From Bdellovibrionales bacterium (GTDB lineage Bacteria > Bdellovibrionota > Bdellovibrionia > Bdellovibrionales > UBA1609), in the NCBI GenBank assembly GCA_965199825.1, contig OZ241329.1, forward strand, positions 512,001 to 576,000: 64,000 bases of DNA, in the 5' to 3' direction. The position numbers and the translations under genes are program-made. Positions 28,188-38,316 of the stretch are shown here, piece after piece. The notes below the pieces were generated by a model, which saw nothing but the letters and a program-made list of their open reading frames with translations, did not search any database and was not told the DNA's origin. Within the stretch, counting starts at the first letter, position 1; each line of letters opens with the position of its first letter.

Positions 28188-28799
28188 ATGCTTAAATTTT
28201 TATCATTCTTTTTCTTTATTCCGGTTTGTTTTGCTAATGATTTGATTCTCCATAGGGATCAATCTATTTTGTTTATGCAGAAAATTTTGCCGGTGCCGAT
28301 GGCCCTACTTAAAGTGAGTAAGATCGACACACTCGAGATTTACGATCTGGCAAAGTCTTTTGCTATTTTAAATGAAACCACAAACACTCCGGTATTTGTG
28401 GCAATCGTGGCTCAGAATTTGGCAAAGATCCTTCAGCAATACAGCGCTTTTCAATCCCCACGAGATGCAAGCGCTTTTGACCAAATGGCAAGATCGCGAA
28501 AGATGATCAGCAACAATATGGTTTTACAAGTGTTCCTCTGGTTGAGTGCAACGACTTTAACCGATAAACAAATTCACACAGTGAATTTGAAATTACAGGA
28601 TCACGACTTAGAAATTCGATCGATTTTTTCAAATCTTGTTGTCGCTTGTGAATCTCATCTCACAAACCCTCCTTACTTTATCGGTGGCGCAAATTTAGTT
28701 ATCTTTGAAAAAATTCAAGAGGTGTTTCAACAGATCGATGGCTTACCGAGCCCGTTTCGTTTTCAACTTCAAAACTTTTATGAATCTCAATTCAGGTGA
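28188..28799 (+). CDS. Secreted orphan protein, paralog 1 of 7
   Basis: Signal peptide, IDTLEIYDL and ACESHL family motifs. Confidence 0.7.
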   Translation: MLKFLSFFFFIPVCFANDLILHRDQSILFMQKILPVPMALLKVSKIDTLEIYDLAKSFAILNETTNTPVFVAIVAQNLAKILQQYSAFQSPRDASAFDQMARSRKMISNNMVLQVFLWLSATTLTDKQIHTVNLKLQDHDLEIRSIFSNLVVACESHLTNPPYFIGGANLVIFEKIQEVFQQIDGLPSPFRFQLQNFYESQFR

Positions 28800-29656
28800 T
28801 CTTTGTCTTTGGACTGATCACATGGACCTTTTCTCTTTCAGTTGCGGTCATTCAAATTCCGGGACGCGACATGCAAGGTGCAATAAAATATATCGAAAAA
28901 TCCGCGGCTGCCGGCGCAAAAGTTATTTTATTACCAGAGCTTTTTGAAAACGATTATTTCCCGCGCGAGAAAGACAAAAAATTTTTTGCTCTCGCAAAAG
29001 AAACCAAAGATCACCCCTCACTCCAAGTCTTGAGTTCACTTGCCAAAAAACTTCAGGTTGTCATCATTTTCCCCTTTTTCGAAAAATTTAAAAAAGCGTA
29101 TTATGATAGTGCTGCGATTATCGACTCTGATGGAAAAGTTTTGGGTGTTTATCGTAAAACTCATATTCCATCGACACCTGGATACTTCGAAAAATTTTAC
29201 TTTAAGCCCGGCGATACCGGTCTTAAAGTGTGGAGCACTCACCAAGGCAAGATTGGTGTGGCAATTTGTTGGGATCAATGGTTTCCCGAAGTGGCTCGGA
29301 TTTTAACTCTTCAAGGTGCAGAGATCATTTTGTATCCTTCGGCTATTGGTTCAGAACCTCAAGATCCCACCTTCGATACAATGAACCTATGGCAAAATGT
29401 TATGATTGGGCATGCTATCAGCAATGTGATTCCGGTGGCCGCTGCAAATCGAATTGGTCAAGAAGGCGAATTACTTTTTTATGGATCATCATTTGTGGCT
29501 GACCATCTTGGCAGAAAAGTTGCCTCGCTCAATCGCACAGAGACCGGATTTGCTCAATATGATTTTGATATGAATCTTGTTGTTAAAAGTCGCAAAAATT
29601 CGGGCTTAATTTCAGATCGACGTCCCCGAACCTATGGCAGATTGCTCCGAAAATAA
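28796..29656 (+). CDS. aguB: N-carbamoylputrescine amidase-like nitrilase-family hydrolase
   Basis: PELF, YRKTHIP..PGY.EKFYF.PGD, ICWDQWFPE, AIGSEP. Confidence 0.85.
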   Translation: MIFVFGLITWTFSLSVAVIQIPGRDMQGAIKYIEKSAAAGAKVILLPELFENDYFPREKDKKFFALAKETKDHPSLQVLSSLAKKLQVVIIFPFFEKFKKAYYDSAAIIDSDGKVLGVYRKTHIPSTPGYFEKFYFKPGDTGLKVWSTHQGKIGVAICWDQWFPEVARILTLQGAEIILYPSAIGSEPQDPTFDTMNLWQNVMIGHAISNVIPVAAANRIGQEGELLFYGSSFVADHLGRKVASLNRTETGFAQYDFDMNLVVKSRKNSGLISDRRPRTYGRLLRK

Positions 29657-29744
29657 TTTTAAGCGCAGAATGTTTTTTGTGACAGGAAATCTATCTTTAG
29701 AATTTGCTTTGACCCTTTGATTCGAAATAGGAGTTTATCTCGCG

Positions 29745-30356
29745 ATGAAAAAAATGATTTTTATCCTTATTACTCTAGCTGGATCTTGCTTTGGGGTTGA
29801 ACCACTTAATCTCAAGCAAGTTCAAAAAATTTTTAATTTAAAGTATCACGAGCAGGCAAATGCTCTTGCAAGTGCTCGTATCTCAATCGAAGAAGTTTAC
29901 GACCTCGTGCAAAGTTTAGCCGTGTTGACGAATCCTCAGCTGCGTTCCGAATTGCTTTCTGCATCCTTAATTTTTGAAAGAGTTATTACCCGGGTCGAGA
30001 CCTTGTATTTCAAAGCACACGAGGTCGATTTGTTTTTCTTTAAAAATCGAATTGATGAAAGAACAAGTTCATTTATGGCTGGGCAACCCATCAACATTAA
30101 GTCTCAGCTTTCGGTTGCGATTGGTCTGATCGGTGTTATGAAGATGAGCGAAAAACAAATTACCGAGTTAGAAAATTATTTTGATCAACATTCAAAACGA
30201 ATGGATCAGAAAATTGAAGTGATTCATCGTGCTTGTGTGCAGCAATTAAATTACCTTCCAGAATTTTTGCTCAAAGACCATTCTGAAACCTTAGAATATC
30301 TCCAGCAGACCTTTTTGCTTTCTTCAAAACTGCGGGCGACGTTTTTTACCGAGTAA
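29745..30356 (+). CDS. Secreted orphan protein, paralog 2
   Basis: Signal peptide, ISIEEVYDLVQSL..L.NP, ACVQQL. Confidence 0.75.
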   Translation: MKKMIFILITLAGSCFGVEPLNLKQVQKIFNLKYHEQANALASARISIEEVYDLVQSLAVLTNPQLRSELLSASLIFERVITRVETLYFKAHEVDLFFFKNRIDERTSSFMAGQPINIKSQLSVAIGLIGVMKMSEKQITELENYFDQHSKRMDQKIEVIHRACVQQLNYLPEFLLKDHSETLEYLQQTFLLSSKLRATFFTE

Positions 30357-30682
30357 GATCACATACAAATATTTATCTATTTGGTGCATTGAATAGAGTC
30401 GTTGATGAAAGCGAACTTGCTGCCTTTTGCGACAAAAACTTTTGCCTTCAATCAACTGATGAGGACAACACAATAGCAAAAAAACCTGTACCTACAGTTT
30501 GCATATAAAATTGAAAGTGATTCATTTATTCACCTTGAAATTTCTTGTGAGAAAATTCTGACGTCTTGGTTTAATTTTCAGCAATGCAAATTTGTTATTT
30601 TTTGGTATGGTTCACGATGTGCTTTATGACTTGAGCCAATTGCCAAATCAGCACCAATTTTAATTAACAGTTAGAAGAGACA

Positions 30683-31234
30683 ATGTTTCAATTTTTTGCC
30701 GGTTTATTTTTGGTCTCCCAATTTAGTTTTGCATCCGCAACTTTCACCTTGGATGAAGCCAAACAATTTTTAGAAACTTCTGCCTCTAAAAAAGTTGAGC
30801 TCTTAAAAGCCGGGCAAATTTCGATAGAGGAGGTCTTCGATCTTTTTCAAACCCTAAAGATTTTAAATCGCCCAAATCTCCAAAATGACCTCATGGCGGG
30901 GCAGCAAATTTTGGTTCAACTTGCTCGCCAAATTGTTTGGTTGCAAAAGCGATCTTGTCAGCCCGCTGATAGATTTCTGAATTGTCAGAATACAAATTCA
31001 ACCAAGGGCAATTTGCTGACGGTTTTGAATTTATTGTGCGCCAGAAATTTTAGTGAGACCGAGCTTGAGCGTCTTCATGACACGATTGATAGAATCTATC
31101 ATCAGTTTATCGATTCCGTAGGCCGACCTTGCCAAATGGTTCTTCTGGATCCGCAAACTCTATCAACACTTACTGATCTTCAAAACTCCTTTATGACAGT
31201 ATTTGATCACCAAAAGCTGATGCCCATTTTGTAG
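30683..31234 (+). CDS. Secreted orphan protein, paralog 3
   Basis: Signal peptide, ISIEEVFDLFQTL..LN.P, PCQMVL. Confidence 0.75.
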   Translation: MFQFFAGLFLVSQFSFASATFTLDEAKQFLETSASKKVELLKAGQISIEEVFDLFQTLKILNRPNLQNDLMAGQQILVQLARQIVWLQKRSCQPADRFLNCQNTNSTKGNLLTVLNLLCARNFSETELERLHDTIDRIYHQFIDSVGRPCQMVLLDPQTLSTLTDLQNSFMTVFDHQKLMPIL

Positions 31235-31383
31235 AGGCGAAACAATTAGATCCAATTTTATCTAAACGTGAAAACTTTGGAGAGCTGATGCTACCAAAAA
31301 CCAAAACTCTAGATTACCCCACTCTTCTGTGATCTAGATCCAAGGCATTCCGCTCTCACTCAAACTTCAAAGGTATTTATAAA

Positions 31384-31956
31384 ATGAAATCCATTTTAGG
31401 CTTTATCGCTTTCTTTTTATTTTCGGTGGCAAGCTTTGCCGAAACAGATTTTCAAGTGGATGAAACCCAAAAATTCTTAGAAAAGTCTTTTCCCAAAAAA
31501 CTTGAGTTGTTGAATCAAAGTCATATTCAGACTGCCGATTTGACCAAACTTTTGAACACGCTAAAGCTCTATTTTAGTTTGACGGCCAATGAAGATCGGG
31601 TGCCTGCCCAGCTGTCTTTGGGTTTATTAGCAGGTCAAATCCAAGATCTTCTTCAAGCGCAGAGTGGTGAAACCATAGTGACTAGCGATGGATGGCAAAA
31701 CACCACAACCCCCCAGGGCAATTTGTTTTCAGTTTTCACATTGGTGTGTGTTAAAAAATTAAGACCTTTCGAAATGCGGGCTCTAGTGAAAGACCTTCAA
31801 GCTGATTCCCTCGCGATCCTTGAATCCACCCAGTCGTCTTGTGGGCGTCACCTCGCTCCTTCACTGGCAGACCCTCGCCATTTAGAGATTTTAAAAGCCG
31901 TGACCCAATTTTTTAAAACTCATCTCCAACAACAAAAATTATTGCCACTGATCTAA
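31384..31956 (+). CDS. Secreted orphan protein, paralog 4
   Basis: Signal peptide, shares F..DE...FLE and QKL.P.. with paralog 3, SCGRHL. Confidence 0.75.
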   Translation: MKSILGFIAFFLFSVASFAETDFQVDETQKFLEKSFPKKLELLNQSHIQTADLTKLLNTLKLYFSLTANEDRVPAQLSLGLLAGQIQDLLQAQSGETIVTSDGWQNTTTPQGNLFSVFTLVCVKKLRPFEMRALVKDLQADSLAILESTQSSCGRHLAPSLADPRHLEILKAVTQFFKTHLQQQKLLPLI

Positions 31957-32000
31957 AGATTTCTCTTAAATATTTTTAATTGAATTGGTAAGAGCAGCCT

Positions 32001-32618
32001 ATGATAAAAATTTTTCTAGCTGCTTTTATTTCGGGGACTTGTCTTGCCGAAACCGTTTTCACCAAAGATCAAATTAAAACTATTTTTGATAAAGAACATC
32101 CGCAGGCTGTTGATCAGCTCGCTAAAAAAGGAATTTCTACTAATGATTTGTATGATCTTGTAAGAGCCATTCGACTTTTAAATGATCCGGTCGTCACCGC
32201 GTCGGGCACTTTGGCCATTTCCAGCGTTTTGCTCTTAGTTTCGCGTCAACTGAGTCACCTAATGGAAAAATCGGGCGATATCGCCTACGCCCTCGAAGTA
32301 TATGATACTAACGAAGGTGATCTGCTCGGGCCGGTCGAGGCAGATTCTTATTCCCTCCAATCTATTTTATTTAAATCGCTCAATATTCTGATGCTTAAAA
32401 CCTTTGATATTATTGAAATCAAAAAACTTTTAGCCGTCGTGCATTTTGTCACTCCTCAGATGGCGACCGCGCTAGATGCGATCGAAGACGCCTGTACCCG
32501 AAAACTCGAACTGTTCCCGCAGTTTGTCGGGAGCGGGAACCAATTGATGTTGGCCTCGCTCCAGCGTCACTTGCGAGATTTATTGTGGCTTGGGGAAGGC
32601 TTTAGAAACTTAAACTGA
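32001..32618 (+). CDS. Secreted orphan protein, paralog 5
   Basis: Signal peptide, ISTNDLYDLVRAIRLLNDP, ACTRKL. Confidence 0.75.
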   Translation: MIKIFLAAFISGTCLAETVFTKDQIKTIFDKEHPQAVDQLAKKGISTNDLYDLVRAIRLLNDPVVTASGTLAISSVLLLVSRQLSHLMEKSGDIAYALEVYDTNEGDLLGPVEADSYSLQSILFKSLNILMLKTFDIIEIKKLLAVVHFVTPQMATALDAIEDACTRKLELFPQFVGSGNQLMLASLQRHLRDLLWLGEGFRNLN

Positions 32619-32695
32619 CGACCTATTGAGTAAACAATTTTTCATAAGTCACATTAAATATATTTTATCAAACTCAGACTTGCTAAGAGCCAAGT

Positions 32696-33313
32696 ATGAT
32701 TAAATATTTACTTTTTATGATTTTGAGTCTTCCTTGCCTGGCCGATACTGCGTTTACAAAAAGTGAGTCTGATCTTTATTTAAAAAAACACTTTTCCAAA
32801 TATGTTATAGAGCTCGAACGCGGAAAAATTAGCACTGGCGATATTTTTGAATTGCTGCAGGCGATTCGACTTTTGAACGATCCCATTATTTTGCGCGTGA
32901 GTCCTCTTGGTGTAGACACCACCTTAGTTTTAATTTCTCAACGGATTGCCTATTTGTTGGAGCGTTCAAAGGATCTTGCATATCTTGTCACTCTCGCGGA
33001 TATCTTCGAAGGTGAAGATCCTTTGCCTGGCAAATCACCCAAAGTTTCATTTGAAGGTCATTTATTTTTGGTCTTGAGCGCCTTGCTTTTAAAAACTTTT
33101 AACGACGGAGAAATTCAGCAGCTTTTAAATACGATACACAATCATTCAGGGCCTATCTCCTCGGCTTTTCAATCCATTGGACTCGCGTGCACACTTCAGT
33201 TGGCTGCCGTTCCTAATAATCTGGGCGATGCTAATTTTTTGGCGTTAACAGCTTTTGAAACATACATGGAAGCGCTCCCTGAGTTGCGCAGTTTGTTTCA
33301 GAATTTTAAATAA
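32696..33313 (+). CDS. Secreted orphan protein, paralog 6
   Basis: Signal peptide, ISTGDIFELLQAIRLLNDP, ACTLQL. Confidence 0.75.
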   Translation: MIKYLLFMILSLPCLADTAFTKSESDLYLKKHFSKYVIELERGKISTGDIFELLQAIRLLNDPIILRVSPLGVDTTLVLISQRIAYLLERSKDLAYLVTLADIFEGEDPLPGKSPKVSFEGHLFLVLSALLLKTFNDGEIQQLLNTIHNHSGPISSAFQSIGLACTLQLAAVPNNLGDANFLALTAFETYMEALPELRSLFQNFK

Positions 33314-33437
33314 GTACTTCATAAATAAAAAACTGTTTATAACAATTTCTGTAGCACAAAATTGGAACTGACTTAAAATTTTCATTGTATTTCAATTCGC
33401 TATTTTTGAGCTCAAAGAATGAAGTAAGACAGCACAC

Positions 33438-34067
33438 ATGGCGAAGGTTGTTTTAGCGATTTTTCTTTTAATGAATTCTGCCTCTTCGAGAGTTCTTTTC
33501 CAACTGCCTAAAGGCGAGGCCTTTCTCAGACAAAACCATCTCCCTTATGTTAAAAAAATTGAATCGGCCAATATCACCCTCAATGAAATTTTTGATGTCA
33601 TGCAGACGCTAGTGGTGCTTCACGATAAGGATCAAGCATTAGAAAGTGACCCTTTAGCAAGCAAAGCGGCTCTTGTCGCAGCTTCACGTCAGATTGCAAC
33701 TTTGCTCGACCGGTCTGGTGATAAAGAGTATCAGATCGCTCTGGCAAATTTTAACCAAGGGGTTGAGCCGCCACCCACCCTCCAAACGACTCTAGATTCG
33801 GCAGTTTTTTTTGTGATCATTTTTCTCTATACTGAATATCTTAAAAGACATGAAGTTAAAGGTTTCATTCAAACTTTTAACCAACATTACGAGGCGGCAA
33901 AATCGGAATTGGATATTCAGGATAATGCCTGCGTGAACCGCTTGCAAAAAAAACCAGAAATCGGGTACGGCGCAAATGCCTTTGCTATGTTTGGCCTAAA
34001 AAAATATCTGCACGAGATCCCTGTGATGAAAAGTCAGTTAACAAGGATGCGCTGTTTCACTAAATAA
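33438..34067 (+). CDS. Secreted orphan protein, paralog 7
   Basis: Signal-like N-terminus, ITLNEIFDVMQTL, SRQIA.LL.RSGD..Y, ACVNRL. Confidence 0.75.
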   Translation: MAKVVLAIFLLMNSASSRVLFQLPKGEAFLRQNHLPYVKKIESANITLNEIFDVMQTLVVLHDKDQALESDPLASKAALVAASRQIATLLDRSGDKEYQIALANFNQGVEPPPTLQTTLDSAVFFVIIFLYTEYLKRHEVKGFIQTFNQHYEAAKSELDIQDNACVNRLQKKPEIGYGANAFAMFGLKKYLHEIPVMKSQLTRMRCFTK

Positions 34068-34107
34068 AGTTGGGTAAAGGTGCACGACCCAATCGCTGGC
34101 ACCTCTT

Positions 34108-34138
34108 AAAAAAAACCCTCAGGCCGCAAGGCCCGAGG
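34108..34138 (-). terminator. Rho-independent terminator after flgE
   Basis: cctcgggcc-ttgc-ggcctgagg followed by T8 on the minus strand. Confidence 0.85.
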
Positions 34139-34151
34139 AATCAAATTCTAA

Positions 34152-35438
34152 TTATCTCTTGAGATTAATAACTTCTTGAAGCAATTCATCGGTCGTCGTG
34201 ATGGTCTTTGCGTTCGCCTGAAAGGATCTTTGGTTCTGAATCAGGTTAACGAATTCCATTGCTAAATCCACTGTTGATCGCTCTAAGGATTTGGCGAATA
34301 ATTTTCCGCGACCGGCGGCTCCGGGTTTTCCTGCAGCAGGAGTTCCTGAATCGCGGGCTTCTTTAAAGCGGTTGTTACCCACTTTAAACAAACCTTCGGC
34401 ATTTTCGAATTTCGCCAAAGCGATTTGACCCAAATCTTGAGTGGATCCATTGCTGTAAAGACCGGTCAACATCCCCTCGTCATTGAATGACAAATTGGTG
34501 ATCGTGCCCGCGGCTGTTCCGTCTTGATTCCAAGTGATCAAATCTGAATCTTTACCGTACTGTTTGGTTCCATCAACCCCTTTGCCTTTATCGGTTGTGA
34601 TCGAATCACCGAAATCGATTTTGACTTGTTGATTCTGGGTCGCTCCACCTTTGAAGTTGAAGCTTTGGCTTGTGACAGTTTCGGTATCTAGTTTTCCATC
34701 GGGTGTGAACGTCAATTGACCTTCGCATACTTGGCTGAGTTTTCCGTCTTCGCCGTTTGTGACTTCGCGGCCATCAACCATTCCATGGTAATCCCATGTG
34801 CGCTCGGCCGAACGATTAAAGAACATCGAAACCAAATGCTTCACACCTTGTGAATCGTAAACTTCAACACCGGTTGAGTAGTGTGAAGAATCATAAGGAT
34901 TTGCGGGATCGAATTTTTTAACTGAATCAATACGCGAATCCAAATTCATATCCATGTGGACTTCGCTTGTGGCTTTTGCAGGAATCAAAGCGCGTGGGAA
35001 TCTGAGATCACCCATCTTGTTGATCACTTTTCCTTTTTCATCGACTTGATAACCTTGAACGCGTTGCTTATCGTTCGTAACCAAAAATCCTTCGCGATCA
35101 AAGTGAAGCGATCCATCACGTGTAAACGAATCACCATCAGATCCATGAAGAACAAAGTAACCATCACCAGAGATGGCAAGATCGGTCGCTTTTTCTGTGG
35201 AATCAACGTTACCTTGAGACAAGATCGGATTGACCGCACCGATTTTTACTCCGCGCCCAATTTGGTTTCCGCCCAAGATTCCTTTTAAACTTTTTGAAAC
35301 GATATCTTGGAATTCCGCGCGGCTCGCTTTAAATCCCACGGTGTTTGCGTTTGCGATGTTATCGCCGATAACGCCTAATGCTTCACCTTGTGCTTGTAAG
35401 CCGGATACACCGGTATATAAAGAAGAAAGAACGCCCAT
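34152..35438 (-). CDS. flgE: Flagellar hook protein
   Basis: SLYTGVSGL, GDNIANANTVGFK, DLAISGDGYF, LERSTVDLA.EF, QRSFQAN. Start at 35438 (SD GGAGG). Confidence 0.95.
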   Translation of the reverse strand: MGVLSSLYTGVSGLQAQGEALGVIGDNIANANTVGFKASRAEFQDIVSKSLKGILGGNQIGRGVKIGAVNPILSQGNVDSTEKATDLAISGDGYFVLHGSDGDSFTRDGSLHFDREGFLVTNDKQRVQGYQVDEKGKVINKMGDLRFPRALIPAKATSEVHMDMNLDSRIDSVKKFDPANPYDSSHYSTGVEVYDSQGVKHLVSMFFNRSAERTWDYHGMVDGREVTNGEDGKLSQVCEGQLTFTPDGKLDTETVTSQSFNFKGGATQNQQVKIDFGDSITTDKGKGVDGTKQYGKDSDLITWNQDGTAAGTITNLSFNDEGMLTGLYSNGSTQDLGQIALAKFENAEGLFKVGNNRFKEARDSGTPAAGKPGAAGRGKLFAKSLERSTVDLAMEFVNLIQNQRSFQANAKTITTTDELLQEVINLKR

Positions 35439-35523
35439 TGTGACCTCCATGTCGTCCACTTCGCATTCGGCGAAGAGGATTTGGAGGGACTTCCTCAAAG
35501 AGGACCAGTCCCTAAATTGTTTA

Positions 35524-35928
35524 TTAAATAACTACAGTACTATCTATATTCGTAAAAACATTTTCCTTTAGTTGTGATTTGTCCATTACCGTTACAATCG
35601 TATTATTCTTAACTGCTACAATCAGTGCCGACTTATCTGTAAGCACCAAAGTATTCTGTGCTCCCTTTTGTGCCGCCTTATCAACAGCGCCTTGGATTTG
35701 TCCAAGCTCTTGCTGATTAAAAGACATGCCTCTTACACGCATACGGTCCACCGCATGGTTGCTGAATTTTAAACCTGAAGTCTGAGTGGGAGTTTGTAAT
35801 CCCATCTGCTCAGGCATAATTCCTTTTAGAATTTCGCTAAACTGTGGCCCCTGTCCTTGCGGCTTTGATATCTCTCGTGAGAGAGGCGAATCAACCCGCG
35901 GGGTTTGTTTTATCGAAAGATCTTTCAA
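35524..35928 (-). CDS. Flagellar operon protein (TIGR02530-like)
   Basis: LKFSNHA..RM..R, N.T.VT.MD, NVFTNIDS, between flgD and flgE. Confidence 0.85.
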   Translation of the reverse strand: MKDLSIKQTPRVDSPLSREISKPQGQGPQFSEILKGIMPEQMGLQTPTQTSGLKFSNHAVDRMRVRGMSFNQQELGQIQGAVDKAAQKGAQNTLVLTDKSALIVAVKNNTIVTVMDKSQLKENVFTNIDSTVVI

Positions 35929-36897
35929 TTAAAGCGCTCCCTGCTTTTTCAAAGTATTCATAATTCCACTACTCATACCTAATTGATTTAATCCTGATTT
36001 TACATTTCCGGGAAGTCCAGAAGTGCTTGGAGCTCCAGGATTTAATAATGCGCCCATGTTTGGAAGCATTCCGGTATTTACTGGTGCTTCTTGTTTTTGT
36101 GGCGAAACAATTTTATCAACATCACTCATACGAATTTGTTGTTTACCGACATTGAGCAAAGGCCCTGTGGGAGTGAATGTCAGGCCGTCGATGGTGCCAT
36201 CGAATTTTGTTTCGGCCCAAATCTTTTGACCCGAAGAATTTTTGGCTTCGATATCAAAATGGTACTCGCCCGCACGCGCATTTGTTCCGTTATCGAGTGC
36301 ACCATTCCAAGTAAGATCATTACGACCCGCTTTAAGATTACTAAATTCGAGAGTGCGAACCGTTTTGCCTTCTTCGTCTTTGACATGAACTTCGGCTTTG
36401 ACCGCATCGGCTTTTAATTGAAAGCGGATGGGATGAGCGCCTGTGGCTTCCATTCTTAAAATCTTTGATGAATCTCCACTGACCGCTTTGCCAATCAAAT
36501 TCAATGCTTCGTAATTTTGTGCCGGCTGCTGCTCTTTACGAAGTCCTTTGATGCTGTCATCAATGTTGGTCAACTTTTCAAGCGAAGTGAACTGCGCCAA
36601 TTGAGCCGACATTTCATGAGACTTGAGTGGATTTGTTGGATCTTGGTTTTTCATTTGAGTGAGCAGCAAACGCATAAATGCATCTTTATCAAGATTGGGA
36701 TTACCAACCGTTCGCGGCTTTTTATCGGGATTAATATAATTAGGATCAGCCGCTTTATTTAAAAGCTCGCCAACATCTTCGCCGCCCTGAAACTTATCTT
36801 TGTCGATTGCCGAAACGGTTTGACTCTTATCCCCACCAAGATCTGATTGCTGCTCGGACTTTGAATAATTTTGGGTTTGCCGACTGATACTCATCAT
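35929..36897 (-). CDS. flgD: Hook capping protein
   Basis: DKDAFMRLLLTQMKNQDPTNP, QLAQFTSLE. Confidence 0.93.
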   Translation of the reverse strand: MMSISRQTQNYSKSEQQSDLGGDKSQTVSAIDKDKFQGGEDVGELLNKAADPNYINPDKKPRTVGNPNLDKDAFMRLLLTQMKNQDPTNPLKSHEMSAQLAQFTSLEKLTNIDDSIKGLRKEQQPAQNYEALNLIGKAVSGDSSKILRMEATGAHPIRFQLKADAVKAEVHVKDEEGKTVRTLEFSNLKAGRNDLTWNGALDNGTNARAGEYHFDIEAKNSSGQKIWAETKFDGTIDGLTFTPTGPLLNVGKQQIRMSDVDKIVSPQKQEAPVNTGMLPNMGALLNPGAPSTSGLPGNVKSGLNQLGMSSGIMNTLKKQGAL

Positions 36898-36900
36898 AAA

Positions 36901-38316
36901 TTAAGCCACCAAATTCAATCGCCGTGAAGCAATTGTGCTGTTGTTGTTTTGTGAAGACAGACCGGCCGCGACTTTTGGTGAATATCCACGTTGTTGAGAT
37001 TCACCAAATTCTTGTCTCTGATTTTGATTCAAATTTTGATTAAAATTCTCAGCCATTTGTCGCTGAGGGGGCGGCTGTTGTTGTTGTTGATCAAAATTAA
37101 ACGAAGAATCGCGTGTGACATCCACACGAATACTTGCGACTTCGAGTTGATGACTGCTCAATCCAACTTTTAAATCCTGAAGGCTATGCTCGATTGCTTT
37201 TTTTGCATCGTTAGAATCGGTAAGCATCTCAACTTGCACTTGGCCATCTTGCACCGAAATCTTGAGCTGAACTTGGCCAAGACCTTCAGGCTGCAGTTGC
37301 ACCTTCATCTCGCCCCCACCCTTTTTGATCAGGATTTGGGATTGCTGAATGATCTCATCAATATTTTTTTCGGCTTGGGGAGCGCCCGTTTTTAAAACTT
37401 CTGAAAAGCTTTTTGTGGTTTGAGTTTTGGTCCCTTCGCTCACTAAAAATTTATCAGAAGTTAAAATCTCGTCGTCTTGCGAAAGGTCCTCTTCGCCGTC
37501 AAACTCCTGTTTGGCTTCGGCTTGGACCACGGGTGCTTCAACTAACGTGAGCGGCGCAATTTCGGTGGGCTCAGAAGCATTTGATTCTTTCGCCATGTCT
37601 TTTTGAACTGGTGCTGGCATTTGATAAGCCGCAATCACTTGGGGTTCGACCAGCTTCAATTCTTTTGGAATTTCAAATTGGGCTGGAGCTGCATCTTGTT
37701 CAGGCTGCTCGGTGACTTCGTTTTGAGCAAGAGGCTCTGAAAACTCTTTGAGTTCTAAAGATTCTGGTACAGCGACAGGCTCATTCGCAGCCAAGGGTTC
37801 ACTCGCCACTGCCGCTTGATCGATTGCTTGTGGCAAGACAGCCGGAGTCGACAAATAAGGCATCGCTTGAAGCGCTGTTAATGTGTCGCTGATTTTTTCG
37901 GGCGCTTCATTTTCGGTGGGTTCAATTTTTTGTAAGAGATCTTTAAATAATGAGCGAGCAGTTTCGATTTGTGCGGGTGGAAGTTTTAATCCTTCAACCA
38001 ATTTTGAAATATTTTGTTCAGGTGGTTTTGCAAGATCCTCTGCCGATAATTGGGCAAATGCTTCCACCACTTTTTCGGGCTTCACATTGAGTTTTGAACT
38101 CATTTGCTGCAAAAAATCGAGCATCGGTTGTTCATCTGTTTCGATTGATTCTTCGGGCTCAGTTGCTGCGGTTTCAACCGCATCCGCTTCAATCGTGTCG
38201 TCGGAATCGAAAGCCTCGAGATGTTCGCTAAAATCAAGACCACCATCTGCTACAGATGGGATCTCCTGATTTTCTTGAGTGGGGCTTAAAATGTCAGAGA
38301 CAGATTGAATTTGCAT
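36901..38316 (-). CDS. fliK: Hook-length control protein
   Basis: Acidic Pro/Ala-rich body, L.PEGLG.V C-terminal domain. Confidence 0.85.
   Translation of the reverse strand: MQIQSVSDILSPTQENQEIPSVADGGLDFSEHLEAFDSDDTIEADAVETAATEPEESIETDEQPMLDFLQQMSSKLNVKPEKVVEAFAQLSAEDLAKPPEQNISKLVEGLKLPPAQIETARSLFKDLLQKIEPTENEAPEKISDTLTALQAMPYLSTPAVLPQAIDQAAVASEPLAANEPVAVPESLELKEFSEPLAQNEVTEQPEQDAAPAQFEIPKELKLVEPQVIAAYQMPAPVQKDMAKESNASEPTEIAPLTLVEAPVVQAEAKQEFDGEEDLSQDDEILTSDKFLVSEGTKTQTTKSFSEVLKTGAPQAEKNIDEIIQQSQILIKKGGGEMKVQLQPEGLGQVQLKISVQDGQVQVEMLTDSNDAKKAIEHSLQDLKVGLSSHQLEVASIRVDVTRDSSFNFDQQQQQPPPQRQMAENFNQNLNQNQRQEFGESQQRGYSPKVAAGLSSQNNNSTIASRRLNLVA

Noticed and set aside
30608..30623. Possible sigma54 site TGGTTCACGATGTGCT before paralog 3
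   Set aside because: The GG-N10-GC spacing is right but the match to TGGCAC/TTGC is poor and it is not repeated before the other paralogs
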